This document shows, one piece after another, positions 1 to 7,838 of a DNA stretch of 17,593 nucleotides. The position numbers were made by a program, and so were the translations under genes. The notes beneath the pieces are model-generated. The model did not search any database and was not told where the DNA came from. It saw nothing but the letters and a program-made list of their open reading frames with translations. This stretch comes from a virus (taxonomy: Duplodnaviria; Heunggongvirae; Uroviricota; Caudoviricetes): the IMG/VR virus record IMGVR_UViG_2526164601_000022; one strand, written 5' to 3'. The stretch's first letter is position 1. Each line of letters begins with the position of its first letter.

Positions 1-1
1 C

Positions 2-55
2 CTGAAAGAACTGGCAGCGAAGCTGTCCGGAGGAGTGAATGGTTACAGTCGCTGA
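2..55 (+). CDS. A: Terminase large subunit, 3' end (partial; gene continues upstream of window)
   Basis: Frame open from window start to TGA at 53-55 (peptide LKELAAKLSGGVNGYSR); sits immediately upstream of and overlapping W, as A does in lambda. Identity rests on synteny only. Confidence 0.45.
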   Translation: MKELAAKLSGGVNGYSR

Positions 56-245
56 ACTGCAGGCGCTGCGTCAGGCGCGCCTTGATTTATTAACCGGTAA
101 ACGGGTGGTGTCTGTCCAGAAAGATGGACGAAGAATTGAATATACGGCGGCCTCTCTGGATGATCTTAACCGGGCGATCAATGATGCGGAGTCAGTGCTG
201 GGGACAACAAGCCGCCGCCGTCGTCCGCTGGGAGTGAGGTTATGA
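39..245 (+). CDS. W: Head-tail joining protein gpW
   Basis: 68 aa, same length as lambda gpW; motif TGKRVVSVQKDGRRIEYTAASLDDL matches recalled lambda W ([25 protein letters not shown]); stop overlaps the B start (ATGA). Confidence 0.85.
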   Translation: MVTVAELQALRQARLDLLTGKRVVSVQKDGRRIEYTAASLDDLNRAINDAESVLGTTSRRRRPLGVRL

Positions 246-1834
246 AACGAACGCCTGTCCTGATTGATGTGAACGGTGTTCCGCTTCGGGAGAGCCTCAG
301 CTACAACGGGGGCGGTGCAGGATTTGGCGGGCAAATGGCGGAGTGGTTGCCACCGGCGCAGAGTGCCGATGCGGCCCTGTTGCCCGCGTTGCGTCTGGGC
401 AATGCCCGTGCAGATGATCTGGTGCGCAATAACGGGATAGCGGCCAATGCGGTGGCACTGCATAAGGATCATATTGTCGGGCATATGTTTCTGATCAGCT
501 ACCGTCCGAACTGGCGCTGGCTGGGGATGCGGGAGACTGCAGCAAAAAGTTTTGTCGATGAGGTGGAGGCGGCCTGGTCGGAATACGCCGAAGGGATGTC
601 TGGCGAGATCGACGTGGAAGGGAAACGCACGTTTACGGAATTTATCCGTGAAGGTGTGGGCGTTCATGCGTTTAACGGCGAAATCTTTGTGCAGCCGGTC
701 TGGGATACGGAGAGCACGCAACTGTTTCGTACGCGTTTTAAAGCCGTGAGTCCGAAACGGGTGGACACGCCAGGACACGGTATGGGGAACCGTTTTCTGC
801 GGGCCGGGGTGGAGGTCGATCGATATGGCCGTGCCGTTGCGTACCATATCTGTGAGGATGATTTTCCGTTCTCTGGTAGTGGACGATGGGAACGGATCCC
901 GCGTGAACTACCCACCGGGCGTCCGGCCATGCTGCATATTTTCGAGCCGGTGGAGGACGGGCAGACCCGTGGGGCTAATCAGTTTTACAGCGTCATGGAA
1001 CGGCTGAAGATGCTGGATTCCCTGCAGGCAACACAGCTTCAGTCGGCCATTGTGAAAGCCATGTATGCAGCGACGATTGAAAGTGAACTTGATACCGAAA
1101 AGGCCTTTGAATATATCGCCGGTGCGCCGCAGGGGCAGAAGGATAATCCGCTTATTAATATTCTGGATAAGTTCTCCACCTGGTATGACACGAATAACGT
1201 GACGCTGGGCGGTGTCAAAATTCCGCACCTTTTCCCCGGTGATGATCTGAAACTACAGACTGCGCAGGATTCAGACAATGGATTTTCGGCGCTTGAACAG
1301 GCGCTGCTGCGGTATATCGCCGCCGGTCTTGGCGTTTCCTACGAACAGTTGTCCCGGGATTACTCGAAGGTCAGTTATTCAAGTGCCCGCGCCTCCGCCA
1401 ATGAGTCGTGGCGCTATTTTACGGGACGACGAAAATTTATTGCGTCCCGGCTGGCCACGCAGATGTTTTCCTGCTGGCTGGAAGAGGCACTTCTTCGGGG
1501 GATTATTCGTCCGCCACGGGCGCGTTTTGATTTTTATCAGGCGCGATCAGCCTGGTCACGGGCTGAGTGGATTGGAGCCGGAAGAATGGCCATTGACGGG
1601 CTCAAGGAAGTCCAGGAATCAGTGATGCGCATTGAGGCCGGACTGAGCACGTATGAGAAAGAGCTGGCGCTGATGGGCGAGGATTATCAGGACATTTTCC
1701 GCCAGCAGGTCAGGGAATCTGCTGAGCGACAAAAAGCCGGACTCTCACGTCCGGTGTGGATAGCGCAGGCGTATGAGCAGCAGATAGCGGAGAGTCGCAG
1801 GCCGGAAGAGGAGACAACACCACGTGAGACGTAA
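242..1834 (+). CDS. B: Portal protein gpB
   Basis: 530 aa ORF (lambda B 533 aa) following W; SD GGAGTGAGG upstream of ATG 242; lambda-like synteny. Confidence 0.9.
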   Translation: MKRTPVLIDVNGVPLRESLSYNGGGAGFGGQMAEWLPPAQSADAALLPALRLGNARADDLVRNNGIAANAVALHKDHIVGHMFLISYRPNWRWLGMRETAAKSFVDEVEAAWSEYAEGMSGEIDVEGKRTFTEFIREGVGVHAFNGEIFVQPVWDTESTQLFRTRFKAVSPKRVDTPGHGMGNRFLRAGVEVDRYGRAVAYHICEDDFPFSGSGRWERIPRELPTGRPAMLHIFEPVEDGQTRGANQFYSVMERLKMLDSLQATQLQSAIVKAMYAATIESELDTEKAFEYIAGAPQGQKDNPLINILDKFSTWYDTNNVTLGGVKIPHLFPGDDLKLQTAQDSDNGFSALEQALLRYIAAGLGVSYEQLSRDYSKVSYSSARASANESWRYFTGRRKFIASRLATQMFSCWLEEALLRGIIRPPRARFDFYQARSAWSRAEWIGAGRMAIDGLKEVQESVMRIEAGLSTYEKELALMGEDYQDIFRQQVRESAERQKAGLSRPVWIAQAYEQQIAESRRPEEETTPRET

Positions 1835-3329
1835 TCTTTCACACATTATTGCCGCAGCATTCAATGAACCGCTGCTTCTGGAGCCCGCCTATGCGCGGGT
1901 TTTCTTTTGCGCGCTCGGGCGCGAGATGGGGGCATCAAGTCTTTCGGTACCACAACAGCAGGTACAGTTTGATGCTCCCGGAATGCTGGCTGAAACGGAC
2001 GAGTACATGGCCGGAGGTAAACGACCGGCCCGTGTTTACCGGGTGGTGAACGGTATTGCTGTACTGCCGGTGACCGGCACGCTGGTGCACCGGCTGGGGG
2101 GTATGCGGCCATTTTCCGGAATGACAGGCTATGACGGCATTGTCGCCTGTCTTCAGCAGGCAATGGCGGATAGCCAGGTGCGGGGCGTACTGCTGGACAT
2201 TGACAGTCCGGGCGGGCAGGCCGCCGGCGCGTTTGACTGCGCTGACATGATTTACCGCCTCCGTCAGCAGAAGCCGGTCTGGGCACTGTGCAATGACACG
2301 GCCTGCTCTGCAGCCATGCTGCTGGCGTCGGCCTGCTCCCGACGGCTGGTTACCCAGACATCCCGTATCGGCTCCATTGGCGTGATGATGAGCCATGTCA
2401 GCTATGCCGGTCATCTGGCGCAGGCCGGTGTTGATATCACGCTGATTTACTCAGGGGCGCACAAGGTGGATGGCAATCAGTTTGAAGCGTTGCCGGCAGA
2501 GGTTCGCCAGGACATGCAACAGCGCATTGATGCGGCGCGCCGGATGTTTGCTGAAAAAGTAGCGATGTATACCGGTCTGTCTGTTGATGCTGTCACGGGA
2601 ACAGAGGCCGCCGTTTTTGAAGGTCAGTCCGGCATTGAGGCCGGGCTGGCGGATGAATTAATCAATGCGTCGGATGCCATCAGTGTGATGGCCACGGCGC
2701 TGAACAGTAATGTCAGAGGAGGCACTATGCCGCAATTAACTGCAACGGAAGCCGCCGCGCAGGAGAACCAGCGGGTGATGGGGATCCTGACATGCCAGGA
2801 AGCGAAAGGACGTGAACAGCTTGCCACGATGCTGGCAGGACAACAGGGCATGAGCGTTGAACAGGCCCGGGCGATTCTGGCCGCGGCGGCACCACAGCAG
2901 CCGGTGGCATCCGCGCAGAGTGAAGCCGATCGCATTATGGCGTGTGAAGAAGCGAAAGGTCGTGAACAACTGGCGGCAACGCTGGCGGCGATGCCGGAGA
3001 TGACGGTGGAAAAAGCCCGCCCGATCCTGGCTGCTTCACCGCAGGCGGATGCCGGACCCTCACTCCGTGATCAGATCATGGCACTGGATGAGGCAAAAGG
3101 GGCTGAGGCGCAGGCTGAACAGCTGGCTGCCTGCCCGGGAATGACTGTGGAGAGCGCCCGGGCTGTGCTGGCTGCGGGATCAGGTAAGGCAGAACCGGTC
3201 TCTGCATCCACAACCGCCATGTTTGAACGCATCATGGCGAACCATTCACCGGCAGCGGTACAGGGTGGCGTGCCACAGACGTCAGCAGACGGTGATGCGG
3301 ACGTGAAAATGCTCATGGCCATGCCATGA
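1824..3329 (+). CDS. C: Capsid maturation protease / scaffold gpC (S49 ClpP/SppA-like peptidase)
   Basis: 501 aa; N-terminus RNLSHIIAAAFNEPLLLEPAYARVFFCAL resembles recalled lambda C; S49 signature LLDIDSPGGQAAGAFD; GTG start at 1824 overlapping B end (exact start uncertain). Confidence 0.88.
   Translation: MRRNLSHIIAAAFNEPLLLEPAYARVFFCALGREMGASSLSVPQQQVQFDAPGMLAETDEYMAGGKRPARVYRVVNGIAVLPVTGTLVHRLGGMRPFSGMTGYDGIVACLQQAMADSQVRGVLLDIDSPGGQAAGAFDCADMIYRLRQQKPVWALCNDTACSAAMLLASACSRRLVTQTSRIGSIGVMMSHVSYAGHLAQAGVDITLIYSGAHKVDGNQFEALPAEVRQDMQQRIDAARRMFAEKVAMYTGLSVDAVTGTEAAVFEGQSGIEAGLADELINASDAISVMATALNSNVRGGTMPQLTATEAAAQENQRVMGILTCQEAKGREQLATMLAGQQGMSVEQARAILAAAAPQQPVASAQSEADRIMACEEAKGREQLAATLAAMPEMTVEKARPILAASPQADAGPSLRDQIMALDEAKGAEAQAEQLAACPGMTVESARAVLAAGSGKAEPVSASTTAMFERIMANHSPAAVQGGVPQTSADGDADVKMLMAMP
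2727..3329 (+). CDS. nu3: Nu3-like scaffolding protein from an internal in-frame start within C
   Basis: Strong SD AGAGGAGG (2715-2722) 4 nt before in-frame ATG 2727 inside C; lambda Nu3 is likewise the in-frame C-terminal part of C. Confidence 0.6.
   Translation: MPQLTATEAAAQENQRVMGILTCQEAKGREQLATMLAGQQGMSVEQARAILAAAAPQQPVASAQSEADRIMACEEAKGREQLAATLAAMPEMTVEKARPILAASPQADAGPSLRDQIMALDEAKGAEAQAEQLAACPGMTVESARAVLAAGSGKAEPVSASTTAMFERIMANHSPAAVQGGVPQTSADGDADVKMLMAMP
2772..3236 (+). repeat. Degenerate in-frame tandem repeats (3 copies plus partial 4th; units 44-56 codons) in the scaffold domain
   Basis: Protein units start RVMGILTCQEAKGREQLA (2772), RIMACEEAKGREQLA (2940), QIMALDEAKGAEAQAEQLA (3072), RIMANHSP (3228); each has a ...MTVE.AR.ILAA... 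core. DNA copies are diverged. Confidence 0.5.
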
Positions 3330-3365
3330 AGCCAGTGCTGACCATCAACAGGAGGTTTTTACAAT

Positions 3366-3713
3366 ATGGTGACGAAAACCATCACTGAACAGCGTGCGGA
3401 AGTACGTATTTTTGCCGGTAATGATCCGGCTCATACCGCCACAGGCAGCAGCGGGATTTCCTCGGCAACACCGGCACTGACGCCCCTGATGCTGGATGAG
3501 GCTACCGGGAAACTGGTGGTCTGGGACGGACAGAAAGCCGGTAGTGCGGTTGGCATACTGGTACTGCCGCTTGAAGGCACAGAGACGGTACTGACGTATT
3601 ACAAGTCGGGGACCTTTGCGACGGAGGCAATCCGCTGGCCTGACAGTGTGGATGAACACAAAAAGGCAAATGCCTTTGCCGGCAGTGCCCTGAGTCACGC
3701 GGCGCTGCCGTAA
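3366..3713 (+). CDS. D: Head decoration protein gpD
   Basis: 115 aa; NDPAHTAT...TPLMLDE...KLVVWDG...YYKSGTF...AFAGSAL matches recalled lambda D; SD CAGGAGG upstream. Confidence 0.9.
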   Translation: MVTKTITEQRAEVRIFAGNDPAHTATGSSGISSATPALTPLMLDEATGKLVVWDGQKAGSAVGILVLPLEGTETVLTYYKSGTFATEAIRWPDSVDEHKKANAFAGSALSHAALP

Positions 3714-3770
3714 CACGTTATCAGGCCACCGCGGTGGCCTGACTGATTTCTGAATGAAAGGAACTGATTT

Positions 3771-4799
3771 ATGGGATTGTTTACGACCCGCCAGTTACTC
3801 GGTTATACCGAACAAAAAGTGAAATTTCGTGCGCTGTTTCTGGAGCTGTTTTTCCGCCGTACGGTGAATTTCCATACCGAAGAGGTGATGCTGGACAAAA
3901 TTACCGGAAAAACGCCGGTGGCGGCCTATGTCTCCCCGGTTGTTGAAGGAAAAGTGCTGCGTCATCGTGGTGGTGAAACCCGCGTGTTACGTCCGGGCTA
4001 CGTCAAGCCGAAACACGAATTTAATTACCAGCAGGCGGTTGAGCGTCTTCCCGGTGAAGATCCGGCTCAACTGAACGACCCGGCCTACCGTCGTCTGCGT
4101 ATCATCACCGATAACCTCAAACAGGAAGAGCATGCCATTGTCCAGGTGGAAGAAATGCAGGCGGTGAATGCCGTGCTGTATGGCAAATACACCATGGAAG
4201 GGGATCAGTTTGATACTGTCGAGGTGGATTTTGGACGCTCTGAAGGAAATAACATTGAGCAGGCCGACGGTAAAAAATGGTCTGAGCAGGACCGTGATAC
4301 GTTTGATCCGACGCATGATATTGACCTCTACTGCGATCAGGCCAGCGGTCTTGTGAATATTGCCATTATGGACGGTACTGTCTGGCGTCTGCTGAATGGT
4401 TTTAAGCTGTTCCGCGAAAAACTGGATACCCGTCGCGGCTCAAATTCACAACTCGAAACGGCAGTGAAAGACCTGGGGGCGGTGGTGTCTTTCAAAGGGT
4501 ATTACGGCGATCTGGCCATTGTGGTGGCGAAAACGTCTTATGTGGCAGAGGACGGTACCGAAAAACGTTATCTGCCGGAGGGCACGCTGGTCCTGGGAAA
4601 TACGGCTGCAGATGGGATCCGTTGTTACGGTGCCATTCAGGATGCGCAGGCGTTGTCCGAAGGTGTGGTGGCTTCTTCCCGTTACCCGAAACACTGGCTG
4701 ACCGTGGGCGATCCGGCCCGTGAATTTACCATGACGCAGTCCGCACCGCTGATGGTGCTGCCGGATCCGGATGAGTTTGTGGTGGTGCAGGTGAAATAA
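3771..4799 (+). CDS. E: Major capsid protein gpE
   Basis: 342 aa (lambda E 341); blocks LFLELFFRR, RPGYVKPKHE, DPAYRRLRII, EEMQAVNAVLYGKYTMEGD, LDTRRGSNSQLETAVKDLG, GDPAREFTMTQSAPLM match recalled lambda E. Confidence 0.93.
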   Translation: MGLFTTRQLLGYTEQKVKFRALFLELFFRRTVNFHTEEVMLDKITGKTPVAAYVSPVVEGKVLRHRGGETRVLRPGYVKPKHEFNYQQAVERLPGEDPAQLNDPAYRRLRIITDNLKQEEHAIVQVEEMQAVNAVLYGKYTMEGDQFDTVEVDFGRSEGNNIEQADGKKWSEQDRDTFDPTHDIDLYCDQASGLVNIAIMDGTVWRLLNGFKLFREKLDTRRGSNSQLETAVKDLGAVVSFKGYYGDLAIVVAKTSYVAEDGTEKRYLPEGTLVLGNTAADGIRCYGAIQDAQALSEGVVASSRYPKHWLTVGDPAREFTMTQSAPLMVLPDPDEFVVVQVK

Positions 4800-4807
4800 T
4801 CCGTGAG

Positions 4808-4836
4808 CGGGGGCGAAATGCCCCCGTGTCTTTTTT
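4808..4836 (+). terminator. Candidate intrinsic terminator / attenuating hairpin downstream of E
   Basis: 7-bp G+C stem CGGGGGC (4808-4814) / GCCCCCG (4820-4826), loop GAAAT, then TGTC + T6 (4831-4836); 9 nt after E stop, in the FI leader. Confidence 0.45.
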
Positions 4837-4850
4837 CACAGGGGGCTGAT

Positions 4851-5234
4851 ATGGCAACAAAAGAAGAAAATCAGAAACATCTTCGTCAACTGGCTGGCCT
4901 GCTGGGGCGCGAGGCGGATATGTCGGGGAGTGCTGCGGATATTGCGCAACGTGTGTCTGAGTGGGAAGAGGAGCTTGCTGCTTCCCGGGAGGGCATTATG
5001 CCTGGTGATGAGAGCGGGCCTGAGCAAAATCACACAGACGATGGTGAGCAGTTGCACAACACTGATGCTACGGATGATGTTAAAGCGGTCCGTGTGCGGA
5101 AATGCCTGCATGTGATGGGGTATTGCCCGGAGACAGGCCGTCCCGTTGAACTGACGTACCGGGGCATGCGTGTTCTGGTGCCATCACCACTGGCGACAGC
5201 CATGATACAGCACGGAACGGCTGAGCATGCGTGA
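4851..5234 (+). CDS. FI: DNA-packaging/head assembly protein gpFI
   Basis: N-terminus MATKEENQKHLRQLAGLL...AQRVSEWEEEL aligns with recalled lambda FI (MTKDELIARLRSLGEQL...ALRVAELKEEL). ATG 4851 preferred over the upstream GTG 4803 of the ORF track. Confidence 0.75.
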   Translation: MATKEENQKHLRQLAGLLGREADMSGSAADIAQRVSEWEEELAASREGIMPGDESGPEQNHTDDGEQLHNTDATDDVKAVRVRKCLHVMGYCPETGRPVELTYRGMRVLVPSPLATAMIQHGTAEHA

Positions 5235-5433
5235 TTTTCAGAATGCCTTTGATGCTGCCCTTGCCGGGGTGGACAGCACGATTGTTGAAGTGATGGGGCT
5301 CTGTGCGCAGTTCACCTCGGGGGCACAGTGTGGCAGCGAAGTTCAGGGGGTTTTTGACGATCCGGAGTCGCTGGGGTTTGCCGGTAGCGGGGTCCGTATT
5401 GAAGGAAGCTGCCCGTCATTATTTAACTGGTAA
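5227..5433 (+). pseudogene. FII: Head-tail connector gpFII, C-terminally truncated (about 66 homologous codons, then NW-stop)
   Basis: MRDFQNAFDAALAGVDSTIVEVMG...GVFDDPESLGFAGSGVRIEGSCPSLF matches the first ~66 residues of recalled lambda FII (117 aa); reading frame ends at TAA 5431-5433 where homology stops. Confidence 0.7.
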
Positions 5434-5801
5434 AGGAACGGTCCAGACTGAAACGGGCCACGGTCAGAAATCCGAATGCCAGAATTATCGTTAACCGCGG
5501 TGATCTCCCGGTGATTAAGCTGGGGATCAGGATGCCGGGGCGTCGTCCGGACAGCATACTCAAAGCCGGTCAGCATCGGTATCAGCGGGCATTTATTCAG
5601 CGATTAAAAAATGGTCGCTGGCATGTCATGCAGCGTGTGGCCGGGAAAAACCGTTACCCCATTGATGTGGTGAAAATCCCGATGGCGGCCCCACTGAAAC
5701 AGGCGTTTGATGAGAATGTTGACCGTATCCGGCGTGAACGCCTGCCCGGAGAACTGGCATATGCGCTGAAACAACAACTGAGGATTGCGATAAAACGATG
5801 A
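5427..5801 (+). pseudogene. Z: Tail protein gpZ, N-terminally truncated (only the C-terminal ~124 codons remain)
   Basis: Frame-3 ORF opens right after an in-frame TAA (5424-5426): LVKERSRLKRATVRNPNARIIVNRGDLPVIKLG...QRLKNGRWHVMQRVAGKNRYPIDVVKIPMA...RIRRERLP matches the C-terminal part of recalled lambda Z (192 aa); no 5' end or SD; stop overlaps U start (ATGA). Confidence 0.65.
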
Positions 5802-6193
5802 AACATACTGATATCCGTGCTGCAGTGCTGGATGCACTGGAGCTGCATGAACACGGGGCGACGCTGTTTGATGGTCGCCCCGTTGTTTTTGACGAAGAGG
5901 ATTTTCCCGCGGTCGCGGTTTATCTGACGGATGCAGAGTATACCGGTGAAGAGCTGGATGCGGATACCTGGCGGGCCACACTGCATATTGAAGTTTTCCT
6001 GCCTGCTCAGGTGCCGGATTCAGAGCTGGATTCGTGGATGGAGTCCCGGATTTATCCGGCGATGTCCGCGATCCCTGCACTGGCAGGGATGATTACCACG
6101 ATGGTTCAGCAGGGCTATGACTATCGTCGTGATGACGATATGGCGTTATGGAGCTCTGCAGATTTGACTTATTCCATTACATACGAGATGTGA
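5798..6193 (+). CDS. U: Tail terminator protein gpU
   Basis: 131 aa, same as lambda U; [15 protein letters not shown]...[19 protein letters not shown]...[16 protein letters not shown]...[10 protein letters not shown] is near-colinear with recalled lambda U. Confidence 0.92.
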   Translation: MKHTDIRAAVLDALELHEHGATLFDGRPVVFDEEDFPAVAVYLTDAEYTGEELDADTWRATLHIEVFLPAQVPDSELDSWMESRIYPAMSAIPALAGMITTMVQQGYDYRRDDDMALWSSADLTYSITYEM

Positions 6194-6200
6194 GGACGAT

Positions 6201-6953
6201 ATGCCAACACCAAATCCCCTGGCGCCGGTAAAAGGTGCCGGTACCACTCTGTGGGTTTACACCGGCAAGGGTGATGCTTATGCAAACCCGTTGTCAGATG
6301 ATGACTGGCAGCGACTGGCTAAGGTGAAGGATCTGACGCCGGGCGAGATGACGGCAGAATCCTACGATGATAACTACCTGGATGATGAAGACGCGGACTG
6401 GAGCGCGACCGGGCAGGGACAGAAATCTGCGGGTGACACCCGTTTTACACTGGCCTGGAAACCGGGAGAAGAAGGTCAGAAAGGGCTTATAGGCTGGTTT
6501 GAAAGCGGGGATGTGCGGGCCTATAAAATCCGTTTTCCGAATGGCACGGTGGATGTGTTTCGTTGCTGGATCAGCAGTATCGGTAAGGCAGTGACGGCGA
6601 AAGAAGTGATCACCCGAACAGTGAAAGTGACCAACGTGGGCAAACCTTCCGTGGCGGAAGAACGCAGCGAAATTACGCCGGCCACTGCAATTAAGGTGAC
6701 ACCGACATCCGGTACCGTGGAAAAAGGAAAAACAACCACCCTGACTGTTTCTTTTGAGCCGGAAAGTGCAACCGACAAGACGTTCAGAGCGGTTTCCGCC
6801 GATCCGTCAACGGGAACCATTGCTGTGAAAGATATGGTGATCACTGTGACGGGGGTTAAGGCTGGAAAAGTGAGTATCCCCGTGATTTCCGGTAATGGTC
6901 AGTTTGCCACGGTAGCTGAAGTCACCGTTACTGAAGCGGGCGCTGCAGGGTAA
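6201..6953 (+). CDS. V: Major tail tube protein gpV (with C-terminal Ig-like domain)
   Basis: 250 aa (lambda V 246); [12 protein letters not shown]...[23 protein letters not shown]...[14 protein letters not shown]...[15 protein letters not shown] matches recalled lambda V; SD GAGGA upstream. Confidence 0.93.
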   Translation: MPTPNPLAPVKGAGTTLWVYTGKGDAYANPLSDDDWQRLAKVKDLTPGEMTAESYDDNYLDDEDADWSATGQGQKSAGDTRFTLAWKPGEEGQKGLIGWFESGDVRAYKIRFPNGTVDVFRCWISSIGKAVTAKEVITRTVKVTNVGKPSVAEERSEITPATAIKVTPTSGTVEKGKTTTLTVSFEPESATDKTFRAVSADPSTGTIAVKDMVITVTGVKAGKVSIPVISGNGQFATVAEVTVTEAGAAG

Positions 6954-6966
6954 ACGGAGGTCATAC

Positions 6967-7398
6967 ATGTTTCTGAAAACAGAACAATTTGAATATAACG
7001 GTGTGTCTGTCACGCTTTCCGAATTGTCTGCGCTGCAGCGTATTGAGCATCTTGCCCTCCTGAAACGGCGTGCAGAACAGGCAGAATCCAGCGGCAACCT
7101 GCAGGTAAGCGTGGAAGATCTCGTCAGAACCGGCGCGTTTCTGGTGGCGATGTCCCTGTGGCATAACCATCTGCAGAAAACGGGGTCACCGTCAATGAAT
7201 GAGGCCGTGATGCAGATTGAGCAGGAAGTCCTGACCACCTGGCCTGCTGATGCCATTGCCCGGGCGGAAGACGTGGTGTTGTGCCTGTCCGGGATGATCG
7301 AAGCTGTTCGTCCGGATACTGATATTACTGAAGTGGCGAAAAATAACACGCTGACTGATGATGATTTTTCTGCGGGAAAGTCTTCGACGGCGAGCTGA
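6967..7398 (+). CDS. G: Tail assembly chaperone gpG
   Basis: 143 aa (lambda G 140); MFLKTEQFEYNGVSVTLSELSALQRIEHLALLKRRAEQAES...GAFLVAMSLWHNH matches recalled lambda G; SD GGAGG upstream. Confidence 0.9.
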   Translation: MFLKTEQFEYNGVSVTLSELSALQRIEHLALLKRRAEQAESSGNLQVSVEDLVRTGAFLVAMSLWHNHLQKTGSPSMNEAVMQIEQEVLTTWPADAIARAEDVVLCLSGMIEAVRPDTDITEVAKNNTLTDDDFSAGKSSTAS

Positions 7399-7838
7399 AC
7401 TTTGCCCTCAGACTGGCGCGAGAGATGGGGAGGCCTGACTGGCGCGCCATGCTTGCCGGGATGACATCCACCGAATATGCCGACTGGCGACATTTTTACC
7501 GCACGCATTATTTTCAGGATACCCAGCTGGATATGCATTTTTCCGGGCTGACGTACGCTGTACTCAGCCTGTTTTTTTGCGATCCGGATATGCATCCCTC
7601 TGATTTCAGTCTGCTTGTCCCCCGGCATGAGGAAGAGCAGGTGGAGAGGCCGGATGAGGACAAAATGCTGATGCAGAAAGCGGCAGGACTTGCCGGAGGC
7701 GTCCGGTTCGGTGGGGACGGAGGGCGCGATATTTTATCGTCTGCGGATGTGGCGGATGTCATGGTGGATGATGCCGCATTAATGATGGCTTCAGCGGAGA
7801 TTTCCGGAGGTGTGAGATATGTCCCAGCCGGTTGGTGA
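6967..7838 (+). CDS. G-T: Tail assembly chaperone G-T fusion made by -1 frameshift (join 6967..7380, 7380..7838)
   Basis: -1 frame after the slippery site reads VFDGELNFALRLAREMGRPDWRAMLAGMTSTEYADWRHFYRTHYF...LMQKAAGLAGGVRFG, matching recalled lambda T; has no independent start/SD context. Confidence 0.75.
7374..7380 (+). promoter_or_regulatory. Programmed -1 ribosomal frameshift slippery heptamer G GGA AAG (G to G-T recoding site)
   Basis: GGGAAAG lies in G frame as G|GGA|AAG, 6 codons before the G stop; the -1 frame is open from 7365 to 7838 and encodes the T domain. Confidence 0.75.

Noticed and set aside
71-847. 258-aa - strand ORF antisense to W and B
   Set aside because: Lies entirely inside well-supported + strand genes; long antisense ORFs are expected in G+C-rich coding DNA; no start context or recognisable motifs.
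4803-4850. Upstream GTG start (4803) for FI given by the ORF track
   Set aside because: Lambda FI homology begins at MATKEEN (ATG 4851); the upstream extension overlaps the candidate terminator hairpin.
5303-5494. 63-aa + strand ORF spanning the FII/Z junction
   Set aside because: Out of frame with both the FII and Z homology segments; an artefact of the deletion junction.
6807-7628. 273-aa - strand ORF antisense to V/G/T
   Set aside because: Antisense to conserved tail genes, no RBS, low-complexity Ser/Arg-rich translation typical of spurious reverse-frame ORFs.
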